From positions 28,985 to 92,984 of the forward strand of contig VYBN01000001.1 in the NCBI GenBank assembly GCA_009844425.1: 64,000 nucleotides of DNA, read 5' to 3'. A program made the translations under genes and the position numbers. Shown piece after piece: positions 41,860 through 52,322 of the stretch (position 1 is its first letter; every line of letters begins with the position of its first letter). A model generated the notes under the pieces. That model was not told where the DNA came from and did no database searches. It saw nothing but the letters and a program-made list of their open reading frames with translations. This DNA comes from Gammaproteobacteria bacterium (GTDB lineage: Bacteria > Pseudomonadota > Gammaproteobacteria > Steroidobacterales > Foliamicaceae).

Positions 41860-42186
41860 CTACTCGCGCGGGTCTCCGAGCTGATCGGGAGTTTCGGTTG
41901 GCGCATCTTCCTCGACCAGCAGGTAGATCTTCTCGTCCGGACCGATCATGCCCAGTTCGGAGCGCGCCAGCCGCTCGATTTCCTCGTCGCCCTCCTTGAG
42001 GCTCTGCACTTCCGCGCCCAGGCGGCGGTTGCGCTCCCTGAGCGCGGCGTTCTCCCGTTCCTGTTCGGACAGTTCCTGGCGGGCGCGGAACAGGCTCAAA
42101 AGGCCGTCGTCGGCGAACCACAACGGGTATTGCAGGCCCGCCAGCGCCAGGCCGGCCAACACGATTCCTGCGGTCTTAGGCTTCAT
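41860..42186 (-). CDS. ftsB: cell division protein FtsB
   Basis: Start trimmed to MKPKTAGIVLAGLALAGLQYPLWF (TM segment) followed by a coiled coil (...ENAALRERNRRLGAEVQSLKEG...ARSELGMI). Confidence 0.8.
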   Translation of the reverse strand: MKPKTAGIVLAGLALAGLQYPLWFADDGLLSLFRARQELSEQERENAALRERNRRLGAEVQSLKEGDEEIERLARSELGMIGPDEKIYLLVEEDAPTETPDQLGDPRE

Positions 42187-42227
42187 CGCTGGTTGGAGCG
42201 GAAGCCAATGGCTTCGCGGCATGTGGA

Positions 42228-42338
42228 GCGGCGACTCTTACCCCCGTCTCGCGGGAGCGTCGGAGGCAGGGATGCCGACGCCGAGCCACAGGGATGTGCT
42301 TGCCGCGTATCCCGCGAGACGGGGGTAAGAGTCGCCGC
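42228..42338 (+). repeat. 110-nt hairpin-core element, copy C
   Basis: Perfect 29-nt arms gcggcgactcttacccccgtctcgcggga / tcccgcgagacgggggtaagagtcgccgc. Core gcgtcggaggcagggatgccgacgccgagccacagggatgtgcttgccgcgta. It lies 3 nt after the eno stop. Confidence 0.9.
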
Positions 42339-42341
42339 GGA

Positions 42342-43640
42342 CTAGCCCGCAAGGTGTTGCACCACGGAGGCGGGAAAGGCGTTGAGGCCGGCGTAGGGCG
42401 CGGCGGCGCCGAGCTCTTCGGCGATGCGAAGCAGGCGGTTGTATTTTTCGGTGCGATCGGAGCGGCAGGGAGCTCCGGTCTTGATCTGGGTCGCGGCCGA
42501 ACCCACTGCCAGGTCGGCGATGAAGGTATCGGCCGTTTCGCCCGATCGGTGCGAGATGACGGCCGCGTAACCCGCCGCAACGGCCGCATCGATGGCTGCG
42601 CGCGTTTCGGTTAGCGTGCCGACCTGGTTCGGCTTGATCAGGATGGCGTTGCCGATGTTGCGCTCGATGCCCTCGGCCAGAATCGCCGTCTGCGTCACGA
42701 AAAGGTCGTCGCCGACGAGTTGCACCCTCTTGCCCAGCGCGCGGGACAGCGCTTCCCAGCCGTCCCAGTCGTCCTCCGCCATGCCGTCCTCGATGCTCAC
42801 GACCGGGTAGCGGTCCGCAAGCTCGGCGAACCAGCCGGCAAAGTCGGGCGGGTCAAAGGTGCGGCCTTCGGATTCCAGGCGGTACAGGCCGTCGGAATAC
42901 AGTTCGCTGGCGGCCACGTCGAGACCCAGCAGGAAATCCCCGGGCACGCTGAATCCGGCCTTCTGAATCGCTTCGATCAGCGCCTCCAGCGCCGCTTCGT
43001 TGGAAGGCAGATCGGGCGCGAATCCGCCTTCGTCGCCCACCGCCGTCGACCGGCCCGACTTCCGCAGCACGCCCTTCAGCACGTGGTAGACCTCGACTCC
43101 CCAGCGCAGCGCCTCGGTAAAGTTTCCGGCGCCCACCGGCAGGACCATGAATTCCTGAACGTCGAGGCGATTGTCGGCATGCGCGCCGCCGTTCAGGATG
43201 TTCAGCATCGGCGTCGGCATCGTGGGCGGGCCGGCGCCCAGGCCACGGTAGAGTGGCTCGCTCCGCGCCGCCGCCGCCGCACGGGCGGCGGCCAGGGACA
43301 CGGCCAGGATCGCGTTCGCCCCGAGCCGCGACCGGTTGGCGGTGCCGTCCAGCGCAATCATTCGCGCGTCGAGTTCGTCCTGGCGCTCGCCGTCGGCGCC
43401 GAGCAGGGCCTTGCAGATCTCGCCGTTGACGTGGCGCACGGCCGACTGGACACCGCGCCCGCCAAAACGGCCGGAATCGCCGTCGCGCAACTCGACCGCC
43501 TCGCGCGCGCCGGTGGAGGCTCCGGACGGTACGGCCGCCCTGCCCCGGGCCCCGCAGCTCAGCGCCACCTCGGCCTCCAGCGTGGGATTGCCGCGAGAAT
43601 CGAGAATCTCGCGCGCGTGTATATGGGCTATTGCAGACAC
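42342..43640 (-). CDS. eno: enolase
   Basis: [25 protein letters not shown]...; full-length 432 aa. Confidence 0.97.
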   Translation of the reverse strand: MSAIAHIHAREILDSRGNPTLEAEVALSCGARGRAAVPSGASTGAREAVELRDGDSGRFGGRGVQSAVRHVNGEICKALLGADGERQDELDARMIALDGTANRSRLGANAILAVSLAAARAAAAARSEPLYRGLGAGPPTMPTPMLNILNGGAHADNRLDVQEFMVLPVGAGNFTEALRWGVEVYHVLKGVLRKSGRSTAVGDEGGFAPDLPSNEAALEALIEAIQKAGFSVPGDFLLGLDVAASELYSDGLYRLESEGRTFDPPDFAGWFAELADRYPVVSIEDGMAEDDWDGWEALSRALGKRVQLVGDDLFVTQTAILAEGIERNIGNAILIKPNQVGTLTETRAAIDAAVAAGYAAVISHRSGETADTFIADLAVGSAATQIKTGAPCRSDRTEKYNRLLRIAEELGAAAPYAGLNAFPASVVQHLAG

Positions 43641-44494
43641 GATCCTTCGGCCAGCGGACGGGATTTCACCAGGCGGTCGAGTTCCAGCAGGGACTCCATC
43701 AACTCGCGGACGCGATGCAGGGGCCAGGCGTTCGGACCGTCGCTCAGCGCTTCATCCGGGCGCGGGTGAGTTTCCATGAACAGTCCCGCCACTCCGGCGC
43801 CCACTGCAGCCCGGGCGAGCACCGGAACGAACTCCCGCTGCCCGCCGGAGGACGTGCCCTTGCCGCCCGGCAGCTGCACCGAGTGAGTGCAATCGAATAC
43901 GACAGGGCAGCCGGTGTCCCTCAGCACGGCCAGGGACCGCATGTCCACCACCAGGTTGTTGTAGCCGAAGGAAAAACCCCGCTCGCAGACCAGGATGTCG
44001 GAATTGCCCGTCGAGCGAGCCTTGTCCACGACGTTGGACATCTCCGCCGGGGAAAGAAACTGGCCCTTCTTGATGTTCAACGGCCGGCCGGCGGAGGCGG
44101 CCCGCAGTATGAAATCCGTTTGCCGGCAGAGCAGCGCCGGCGTCTGCAGCACGTCGGCCACGGCGGCCACTTCGTCCATCGGCGTGTTCTCATGCACGTC
44201 GGTGAGCACCGGCACTCCGACCTGGCGCTTGACCTCCTCGAGAATCTTCAGGCCCCGCTCCATCCCGTGACCGCGGAAACTGGCCAGCGAGGAGCGGTTG
44301 GCCTTATCGAAGGACGACTTGTAGACGAGGGAAAAGCCAAGTTCCCGACCGGTTTCGGCCAATAGTCCCGCGGTTTCCAGGGCCGATTCCCGCGATTCGA
44401 CCACGCAGGTGCCGGCGATCAGAAACAACGGCTGGTCGAGGCCGGCGGTGAAATCCGCCACCTGCGCCCTGCCGGGACCGGCTTGCGCCGTCAC
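43628..44494 (-). CDS. kdsA: 3-deoxy-8-phosphooctulonate (KDO8P) synthase
   Basis: [12 protein letters not shown]...[12 protein letters not shown]...TDVHE..., in pyrG-kdsA-eno synteny. Confidence 0.9.
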   Translation of the reverse strand: MTAQAGPGRAQVADFTAGLDQPLFLIAGTCVVESRESALETAGLLAETGRELGFSLVYKSSFDKANRSSLASFRGHGMERGLKILEEVKRQVGVPVLTDVHENTPMDEVAAVADVLQTPALLCRQTDFILRAASAGRPLNIKKGQFLSPAEMSNVVDKARSTGNSDILVCERGFSFGYNNLVVDMRSLAVLRDTGCPVVFDCTHSVQLPGGKGTSSGGQREFVPVLARAAVGAGVAGLFMETHPRPDEALSDGPNAWPLHRVRELMESLLELDRLVKSRPLAEGSCLQ

Positions 44495-44500
44495 GGGCGC

Positions 44501-46345
<1,845 letters not shown>

Positions 46346-46368
46346 GGGATCGAAGCGCCGGGGGACGA

Positions 46369-47397
46369 TCAGCTTGGGTCGCTTGCTGGCGAAATATAGA
46401 TGCGGCCGCGCCGCCGGGTGAGGCGAACGCCGCCCCAGCGCGCCTCAGGGTGGCGGTCGGCCGCCGCGTTCAGCAGCATGTCCAGCGCCGCATTCAGGCG
46501 CGCCTCGGACGGCGCGGCGACGCCGAGCGCGGCCAGCCTTTCGCGCAGCAGGTTCGCGCGGCGCGCCGGCGAAAGCCTGAGCAGGCCCTGGCATTCGATA
46601 AAGTCGTCACGCGCGATCCCGCGGCCGTCATGCTCGGCCAGGTCGCGCAGCAATCCGCTCGTGTCCGCGGCGAGCCGCGCCGTTCGTCCGGCCGTAGCCG
46701 CGGCGCCGGGCCAGCGCCCGCGCAGCAGCGGCTGCACTTTATTGCGCAGGAAGGAACGGTCAAACCCGGTCTCGCGATTGGAAGGATCCTCGATCCAGTT
46801 CTCGCCCCTCCGATCAAGCCAGGTCCTCAAATCCTCCCGGGGCACGTCGAGCAGCGGACGCAACAACCATCCCCGGCCCAGGCGGCGCTTTTCGCGGATT
46901 CCCGCCAGACCCGCAATGCCGGTCCCGCGAAGCAGGCGCAGCATCAGCGTTTCCCACTGATCGTCCTGGTGATGCGCGGTCAGCAGGCATTCCCCGGGCT
47001 CCATGAGCGCCTCCAGCGCCTCGTAGCGCGCGCGCCGCGCCGCGGCTTCCACGCCCCGTCCGTCGGCCCGCACTTCAACCGCGCGGCAGGCCAGCGGCAC
47101 GCCCAGGGCCTGGGCCCGATCCTCGCAATGCGCGGCCCAGTCGCCGGAATCCCGGTGCAGGCCATGATTGATGTGCGCGGCGCGCAGACGTTCGCTGCCG
47201 GATTCTTCCAGCAGCTCATGCAGGGCCAGCAGCAGGGCGGTCGAATCGGCCCCGCCGCTGAACGCCACCAGCAGCGGCCGCTCCCGCCAGTGGGGGCACA
47301 AACGGTCAAGCGCCGCTGCCAGGGTTGTCAGAACCGCATCGATCGCAGGCTTGCTGCTCTTGCCAGTTGGTGGAATCTTCAGCTTCGCCTCGGGCAC
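46369..47397 (-). CDS. tilS: tRNA(Ile)-lysidine synthase
   Basis: PP-loop VAFSGGADSTALL...HINHGLH...LLTAHHQDDQWETLMLRLLRG. 342 aa (short form). Confidence 0.85.
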   Translation of the reverse strand: MPEAKLKIPPTGKSSKPAIDAVLTTLAAALDRLCPHWRERPLLVAFSGGADSTALLLALHELLEESGSERLRAAHINHGLHRDSGDWAAHCEDRAQALGVPLACRAVEVRADGRGVEAAARRARYEALEALMEPGECLLTAHHQDDQWETLMLRLLRGTGIAGLAGIREKRRLGRGWLLRPLLDVPREDLRTWLDRRGENWIEDPSNRETGFDRSFLRNKVQPLLRGRWPGAAATAGRTARLAADTSGLLRDLAEHDGRGIARDDFIECQGLLRLSPARRANLLRERLAALGVAAPSEARLNAALDMLLNAAADRHPEARWGGVRLTRRRGRIYISPASDPS

Positions 47398-47404
47398 CAG
47401 GAGC

Positions 47405-48304
47405 CTATGCGGCTTCTCCGGCCAGAACCCCGCGCGGGTCCTCGATCAGGTCGGGATGATGGAGCTTCACCAGCCGGAGCAGTTCAACCGGCAACCCTTC
47501 GGGCGTTTCCGCCTTGCCTCCCCGCCCGTTCTGCACCGTATGACCGGGGGTATCGCCCATCTGCATCCAGGGCCGGAACGCCGTGTTGGCAATGTAGGCC
47601 ACGTCCACCGGCACCGAAACCGCCGACGGATCGGAAAGCGCCGCCCAGCTGCCCTGGTTGATCGTCCACTCGCGGTAGAAGAAACTCGGTCTCGATTCAC
47701 CGGCCGGGAACACCCGCGCGCTGATGTCCTGGCGGATGTAGAAATCGTCGCCGCGCAGCTGCGGCAGACTGATGAAGCGTTGGCTCTCGACCTGCCCCGT
47801 GGCGAAAAAGGACTCGCCATCGACCGTTTCCTGCTGCATCGTGAACTCGTTGGTGTCCTCGGCGCGAATCGTCATATCCATATGCGACGGGCCGGCGCGG
47901 TACAGCGGCACGTCCACCACGTTGCCGGTGACCGGCATGGTCAGCTTGTCCAGCAGCTCCCCCGTATTGATGTCCATGTACATCGCGACTTCCAGCGAAA
48001 CGCTCTTGTAAAGGCTGTCGTTGACCTTGCGCATCTGGCGGATGGTGGTCGAAAGAAGCCGGTACATCGGATGAGTCACGCCGTCGATGAACGCATAGTT
48101 GACCGCGTCCACCCAGCCCATCGTTACGCGGTCGTCGAGGCTGCTGCGCAGCTTGACGAAGTAGTGCAGCATTTCATCGTCAGTGAGATCCAGATCGGTA
48201 AGTCCCGAATATTCCTCGGCGTGCGCACCGGGGGCAAGCCCAGCCAGAAACGGCGCGCCAAGCGCACCCGCCAGTATCGAACGGCGATTCAGGTTGGTTT
48301 TCAT
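47405..48304 (-). CDS. Tat-signal secreted hypothetical protein (possibly DUF1838-like)
   Basis: Start trimmed to MKTNLNRRSILAGALGAPFLAGLAPGAHA (twin-arginine signal). Native-like high GC. Function unknown. Confidence 0.55.
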   Translation of the reverse strand: MKTNLNRRSILAGALGAPFLAGLAPGAHAEEYSGLTDLDLTDDEMLHYFVKLRSSLDDRVTMGWVDAVNYAFIDGVTHPMYRLLSTTIRQMRKVNDSLYKSVSLEVAMYMDINTGELLDKLTMPVTGNVVDVPLYRAGPSHMDMTIRAEDTNEFTMQQETVDGESFFATGQVESQRFISLPQLRGDDFYIRQDISARVFPAGESRPSFFYREWTINQGSWAALSDPSAVSVPVDVAYIANTAFRPWMQMGDTPGHTVQNGRGGKAETPEGLPVELLRLVKLHHPDLIEDPRGVLAGEAA

Positions 48305-48519
48305 ATTTCCTCCCAATACATGGCCGGTTAGCCTAACAGGCTGTTGAAGAATATCGCCCCGATTAAGTTCGTTGCAGTATTATCCCTTCACAAGTACTTT
48401 TTCAACAGGCTGCTTGTAGGCCGCGATGTAATGCGGGTGAATCAAGATGAGCGGCGTGGGGCCGCCAGAGTGAAGGCGCCACACTGGCCAAGCACAACCC
48501 TACATTCAAACCAGCCGTA

Positions 48520-49137
48520 TTACTTCAGTCGCTCTGCCGCCGCCGATGAAGCCTCCTCATCTTGTTCGGGATAAACCCACAGCGTCAGATCGCGTAATGG
48601 GGGAAAGCTGATTGGCAGCATGCGCACGTCAAACGGCATATCGGGTCCATTGTCAAGGCAATCCAACTGCAAATCGAGCCATTCATTCTTCTGGCAATGC
48701 CGTGCCACAATCTTCATGTAACGGCGCAGTAGAAGCAGGGGCGGAAACCAACCTTTCCGATCCATCCATGACAACAGATCTGAACCTCCTTTGGAACTGT
48801 TGCAGGAACGGCAAGCTGAAATCAGGTTGTCAGATGCGTCAGGACCGCCGCGCATTCTGGGAATGAGATGGTCCGCGCACAGGTTGCTCTTGCTGCCGCA
48901 GTAGTAGCATGCTTGCGGCGCCAGCAACTTGTTTCGTTCGTCGTCGTAGATGGATCGCATACGCATGGAACCGTCGATCAGTCCGCGCCTGAGCTTGGCG
49001 CGGATCATGTAATCCACCGTCGCATATTTGTGCGCACCTCTATTGATCGCTGAATGAGCGCATGCAAGTTGAGAGTAACTGAACGCGATCTGCTCGCGCA
49101 CGGTTTTCGGCTTGGCAGGCACCGACCCGCCCCTCAC
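48520..49137 (-). CDS. HNH endonuclease-domain protein (205 aa)
   Basis: CYYCGSKSNLCADHLIPRMRGGPDASDNLISACRSCNSSKG is the HNH/His-Me finger. The GTG start overlaps the upstream stop (GTGA). GC is lower than the flanks. Confidence 0.75.
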   Translation of the reverse strand: MRGGSVPAKPKTVREQIAFSYSQLACAHSAINRGAHKYATVDYMIRAKLRRGLIDGSMRMRSIYDDERNKLLAPQACYYCGSKSNLCADHLIPRMRGGPDASDNLISACRSCNSSKGGSDLLSWMDRKGWFPPLLLLRRYMKIVARHCQKNEWLDLQLDCLDNGPDMPFDVRMLPISFPPLRDLTLWVYPEQDEEASSAAAERLK

Positions 49138-51122
49138 CGAGCGCGGCGAGTTCGAAAATTTTCGAGGTTTTGTTGGAACTGGCGCTCGCCCGGCAGCAAG
49201 GACATCGCCCTTTCATAAGCATCCTCAACGGAAGTCGCGGGCTCATGCAGGAATTCTCGGACCCGCGCCAGATCGCGCCATGCAAACGCATGCCGGGCGC
49301 GCGGAGCATCTAGCTGAATTACCCGCTCAAGGAGCTCCCGGGCTTCCATAAGGAACTTGCGGTTGGCCGCCTTCCATCGACCTCTGCGGCGGCGAAAGGC
49401 TTCAGTCGCCAATCCCATTTTGGTTTGTGCAAATTCGTGTAGAGCTCGGGGGTCCGACTGAATCGCGGCGCCTGCTCTCTCGAAATAGTGGTGGGCCTCA
49501 TTTTCTTTGTGCAACCGACGAGCCAATATCGCGGCATCCACCGCGTCCTGGTTTTGTGCGCTTAGGCGAAGCTCGCCGAGTAACTTCCCAGCCTTTCCTT
49601 TCTCGTTGGCATCAAACCATACTTCAATCATGGTGTTGGCCACATGAGGCCGAACATGCCGGGCCGCACGCTGCTTGAATTCTTCCCAAGCCTCTTCGGC
49701 CTGAATCAACTCCTGCCGCTTTGCGTACGAGCGAATAACTTCCGCGGTAAGCACCGCAGATTCGGGACTTGCTGTCCATGCCGATACCAGGCGGCGGTGT
49801 GCCTCGTTCTCGTCGCCCAAGGCACGAAGATGGCCAGCGTCGCGGAGTGCTGATAGAGCGGCGTACTCGGGATGAGCAGGCAGAGTAGCGAGGAAGTACG
49901 TTCGCTCCCGATCAAATTCGAATCGGGGCGGGGGCGAGCCGTTCTCATCCATTGCCCTATAGACCCTGGCCAAGCCCGTCATGCGGCCTTCCGCTAGCTT
50001 CAGCTCCTTGAATAATTCGCCTATGCGCCGGTTGCGCGCAGGAACCGGCCGGAGTCGTCCGTCCCTTGTCAGATGCTCTGGCTCGATCCCGGGAACTGGT
50101 CCAGGGTAGCTTGTGACTTCGATTCGATCCGGATATAAGTAAACCTTTGACGGCTCCGGCTGATCGACATCGTAGCTGCGGTGATATAGAGCGTTGGCCA
50201 GTGTTTCCCGCAACGCTGGCAGAGGATAACTCACCCAGCCGCGAACCTGACTCCGGTCCCGCTGTTTCTCCAGGTGGGTGGCGGACAAGTTTTCCAGGTG
50301 ATTCAGACAATCATGAAACTGATCCTTAAGCGGACCCGCAAACGTACGCTCTTCGAGAACGTCGCCGCCGCGGTCAGCGGCAAACTGAACCACCTCGATT
50401 TTCGCCCCGCGAAACCAATGCGTCGGCTCATTGGAAAAGAACAGGAGGCCTACATTGCGTGGAGATTCATGTTGATTAACGCGTCTTGTGATTCTCATGT
50501 TCCGGTAAACCACGCTGGCGTCGGGCTCGTCCAAGAGGCTGCTTTGAATGTCCCTGAGAAACTCACGCACCTGTGTTTCCCGCAGGTCTTCCACTCTTGC
50601 TTCGCGGGCCGGACGGTCGTCCCACGGAACTTTCGCCGTCTGTTGAATCAACTGCCGGAGCATATCTCCCTTTTGCTCCGCGTTTACAGTTTCGGATCCT
50701 AGGCGAACCCAGTACCTGAAGACACCCGTATCGCCATCTGGCCCGCGATGCGGCCGGATGTCGCTTGCAGGTGCCCAGATAACCAGGACTGCGCGTTCAT
50801 TGACAACTTCCGGCGAGAAGGTCGGCTGGTAGCTTGGATCCAGTCGCTTGCAGTTTCCGTTGATCCACTTCTGAGCAACATCCAGCTCGCTTGTCTCCAG
50901 TCCTTTCGGCGGCAGTTTGGCGCGCCCGTCCTTTTCTTCGAGTCCCAAAACGATATAGCCACCGTTAAGATTATGAAAATCGTTTGCGAACGCGCAAATG
51001 GTTTTCAATATCTGAGGGCCGGTCGTTTGTGGATTCCACGACGCCTTGAACTCCACCCGCTCGGATTCAATTCCGCGGCAGTAGAGCAGATCAGCCAGAT
51101 TAATAGGAAGAATGCCGGGCAT
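49134..51122 (-). CDS. AlbA_2/Schlafen-like + HATPase_c_4 ('RecG C-terminal-like') protein with C-terminal helical-repeat extension (662 aa)
   Basis: N-terminus ESERVEFKASWNP...ICAFANDFHNLNGGYIVLGLEE (AlbA_2). Middle LRETLANALYHRSYD...DRIEVTSYPGP...ARNRRIGELFKELKLAEGRMTGLARVYRAM (HATPase_c_4-type). The last ~210 aa are all-helical and TPR-like. Confidence 0.7.
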   Translation of the reverse strand: MPGILPINLADLLYCRGIESERVEFKASWNPQTTGPQILKTICAFANDFHNLNGGYIVLGLEEKDGRAKLPPKGLETSELDVAQKWINGNCKRLDPSYQPTFSPEVVNERAVLVIWAPASDIRPHRGPDGDTGVFRYWVRLGSETVNAEQKGDMLRQLIQQTAKVPWDDRPAREARVEDLRETQVREFLRDIQSSLLDEPDASVVYRNMRITRRVNQHESPRNVGLLFFSNEPTHWFRGAKIEVVQFAADRGGDVLEERTFAGPLKDQFHDCLNHLENLSATHLEKQRDRSQVRGWVSYPLPALRETLANALYHRSYDVDQPEPSKVYLYPDRIEVTSYPGPVPGIEPEHLTRDGRLRPVPARNRRIGELFKELKLAEGRMTGLARVYRAMDENGSPPPRFEFDRERTYFLATLPAHPEYAALSALRDAGHLRALGDENEAHRRLVSAWTASPESAVLTAEVIRSYAKRQELIQAEEAWEEFKQRAARHVRPHVANTMIEVWFDANEKGKAGKLLGELRLSAQNQDAVDAAILARRLHKENEAHHYFERAGAAIQSDPRALHEFAQTKMGLATEAFRRRRGRWKAANRKFLMEARELLERVIQLDAPRARHAFAWRDLARVREFLHEPATSVEDAYERAMSLLPGERQFQQNLENFRTRRAR

Positions 51123-51303
51123 AGGTAGATTCTAAGGACAGGCCGGAATTGCGCCTAACAACAGCTAATCGGCAGGGAATTCTACTCCGGCAGAACTTCC
51201 TTACAGCAACTCTTGGTCAGCCAGAGTCAGAGGTGGGTGCACAACAGGTCAATTCCGACGCAGACAGCATCCGCGCCATTCGCCTTGGTCGCAGCCAAGA
51301 GGA

Positions 51304-52260
51304 CTAGGCTTCGCGGTAGACGCCGTAACTGAGCAATCGCCGATGGCGGCGCTCCAGCAGTTCGGCGAGTTCCAGGCGGGTCAGCTTGAACAGCTGCTTG
51401 CCGATCGCCTTCTTGAGGCTCGCTATCGCGGCGGTCGGGTCGCGGTGGGCGCCGCCCACGGGCTCGTCCAGCACTTCGTCCACGAGCTTGAGCTTCAGCA
51501 GCCGCCTGGCCGTGATGCCCATGGCCTGGGCGGCCTCGGTGGCGTGGCCGGCGCTCTTCCAGAGAATGCTGGCGCAGCCTTCCGGAGAAATTACCGAGTA
51601 GATGCTGTATTGCATCATGATCACCGCGTCCGCTACGCCGATGGCCAGCGCCCCGCCGGAGCCTCCCTCGCCGATGATCGCGCTGATGATGGGGGTCTTC
51701 AACCCCACCATGCAGCTCAGGCTGGAGGCGATGGCCTCGCTCTGGCCCCGCTCCTCCGCGCCGATTCCCGGATAGGCGCCGGGCGTATCGATCAGCGTAA
51801 CCACCGGCAATCCGAACTTCTCCGCAAGCTGCATGAGCCGCTGCGCCTTGCGGTAACCCTCCGGGCGGGTCATGCCGTAGTTGCGGCGCACCCTCGAGGC
51901 CGTATCCCGCCCTTTCTGGTGGCCGATCAGCATCACCGGAGTTCCCTCGATGCGGGCCAGCCCACCCACCAGCGCATAGTCGTCCGCATACATGCGATCG
52001 CCGTGCAGTTCCTGAAATTCGCCGGTCATGCCGGCGATGTAGTCCAGCGAGTAGGGGCGCTTCGGATGGCGCGCCACCTGCGCCGTTTGCCACGGCGTGA
52101 GCTTGCGGTAGATGTTGCGGGTCAGCGACTCGCTGCTGCGCTGCAGCCGCTGAATCTCGCCCGCCACGTCCACGCCGGAATCGTTGTCGAGAAACCTCAG
52201 TTGCTCGATCTTGCTTTCCAGCTCCGCGATGGGCTGCTCGAAGTCAAGAAATGATTCCAT
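51304..52260 (-). CDS. accA: acetyl-CoA carboxylase carboxyltransferase alpha subunit
   Basis: [22 protein letters not shown]...[20 protein letters not shown]...; 318 aa. Confidence 0.95.
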   Translation of the reverse strand: MESFLDFEQPIAELESKIEQLRFLDNDSGVDVAGEIQRLQRSSESLTRNIYRKLTPWQTAQVARHPKRPYSLDYIAGMTGEFQELHGDRMYADDYALVGGLARIEGTPVMLIGHQKGRDTASRVRRNYGMTRPEGYRKAQRLMQLAEKFGLPVVTLIDTPGAYPGIGAEERGQSEAIASSLSCMVGLKTPIISAIIGEGGSGGALAIGVADAVIMMQYSIYSVISPEGCASILWKSAGHATEAAQAMGITARRLLKLKLVDEVLDEPVGGAHRDPTAAIASLKKAIGKQLFKLTRLELAELLERRHRRLLSYGVYREA

Positions 52261-52322
52261 GCGCAGTGCGTCCGACTTAGCCGGGCCTGCGATTGTAAGC
52301 CCTTATCGGTGCAAGCGCCGTG

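Noticed and set aside
48344-48574. 76-aa plus-strand ORF in the AT-rich spacer downstream of the HNH gene.
   Set aside because: It has no RBS, overlaps the HNH 3' end on the opposite strand, and has odd composition. It is probably non-coding insertion flank.
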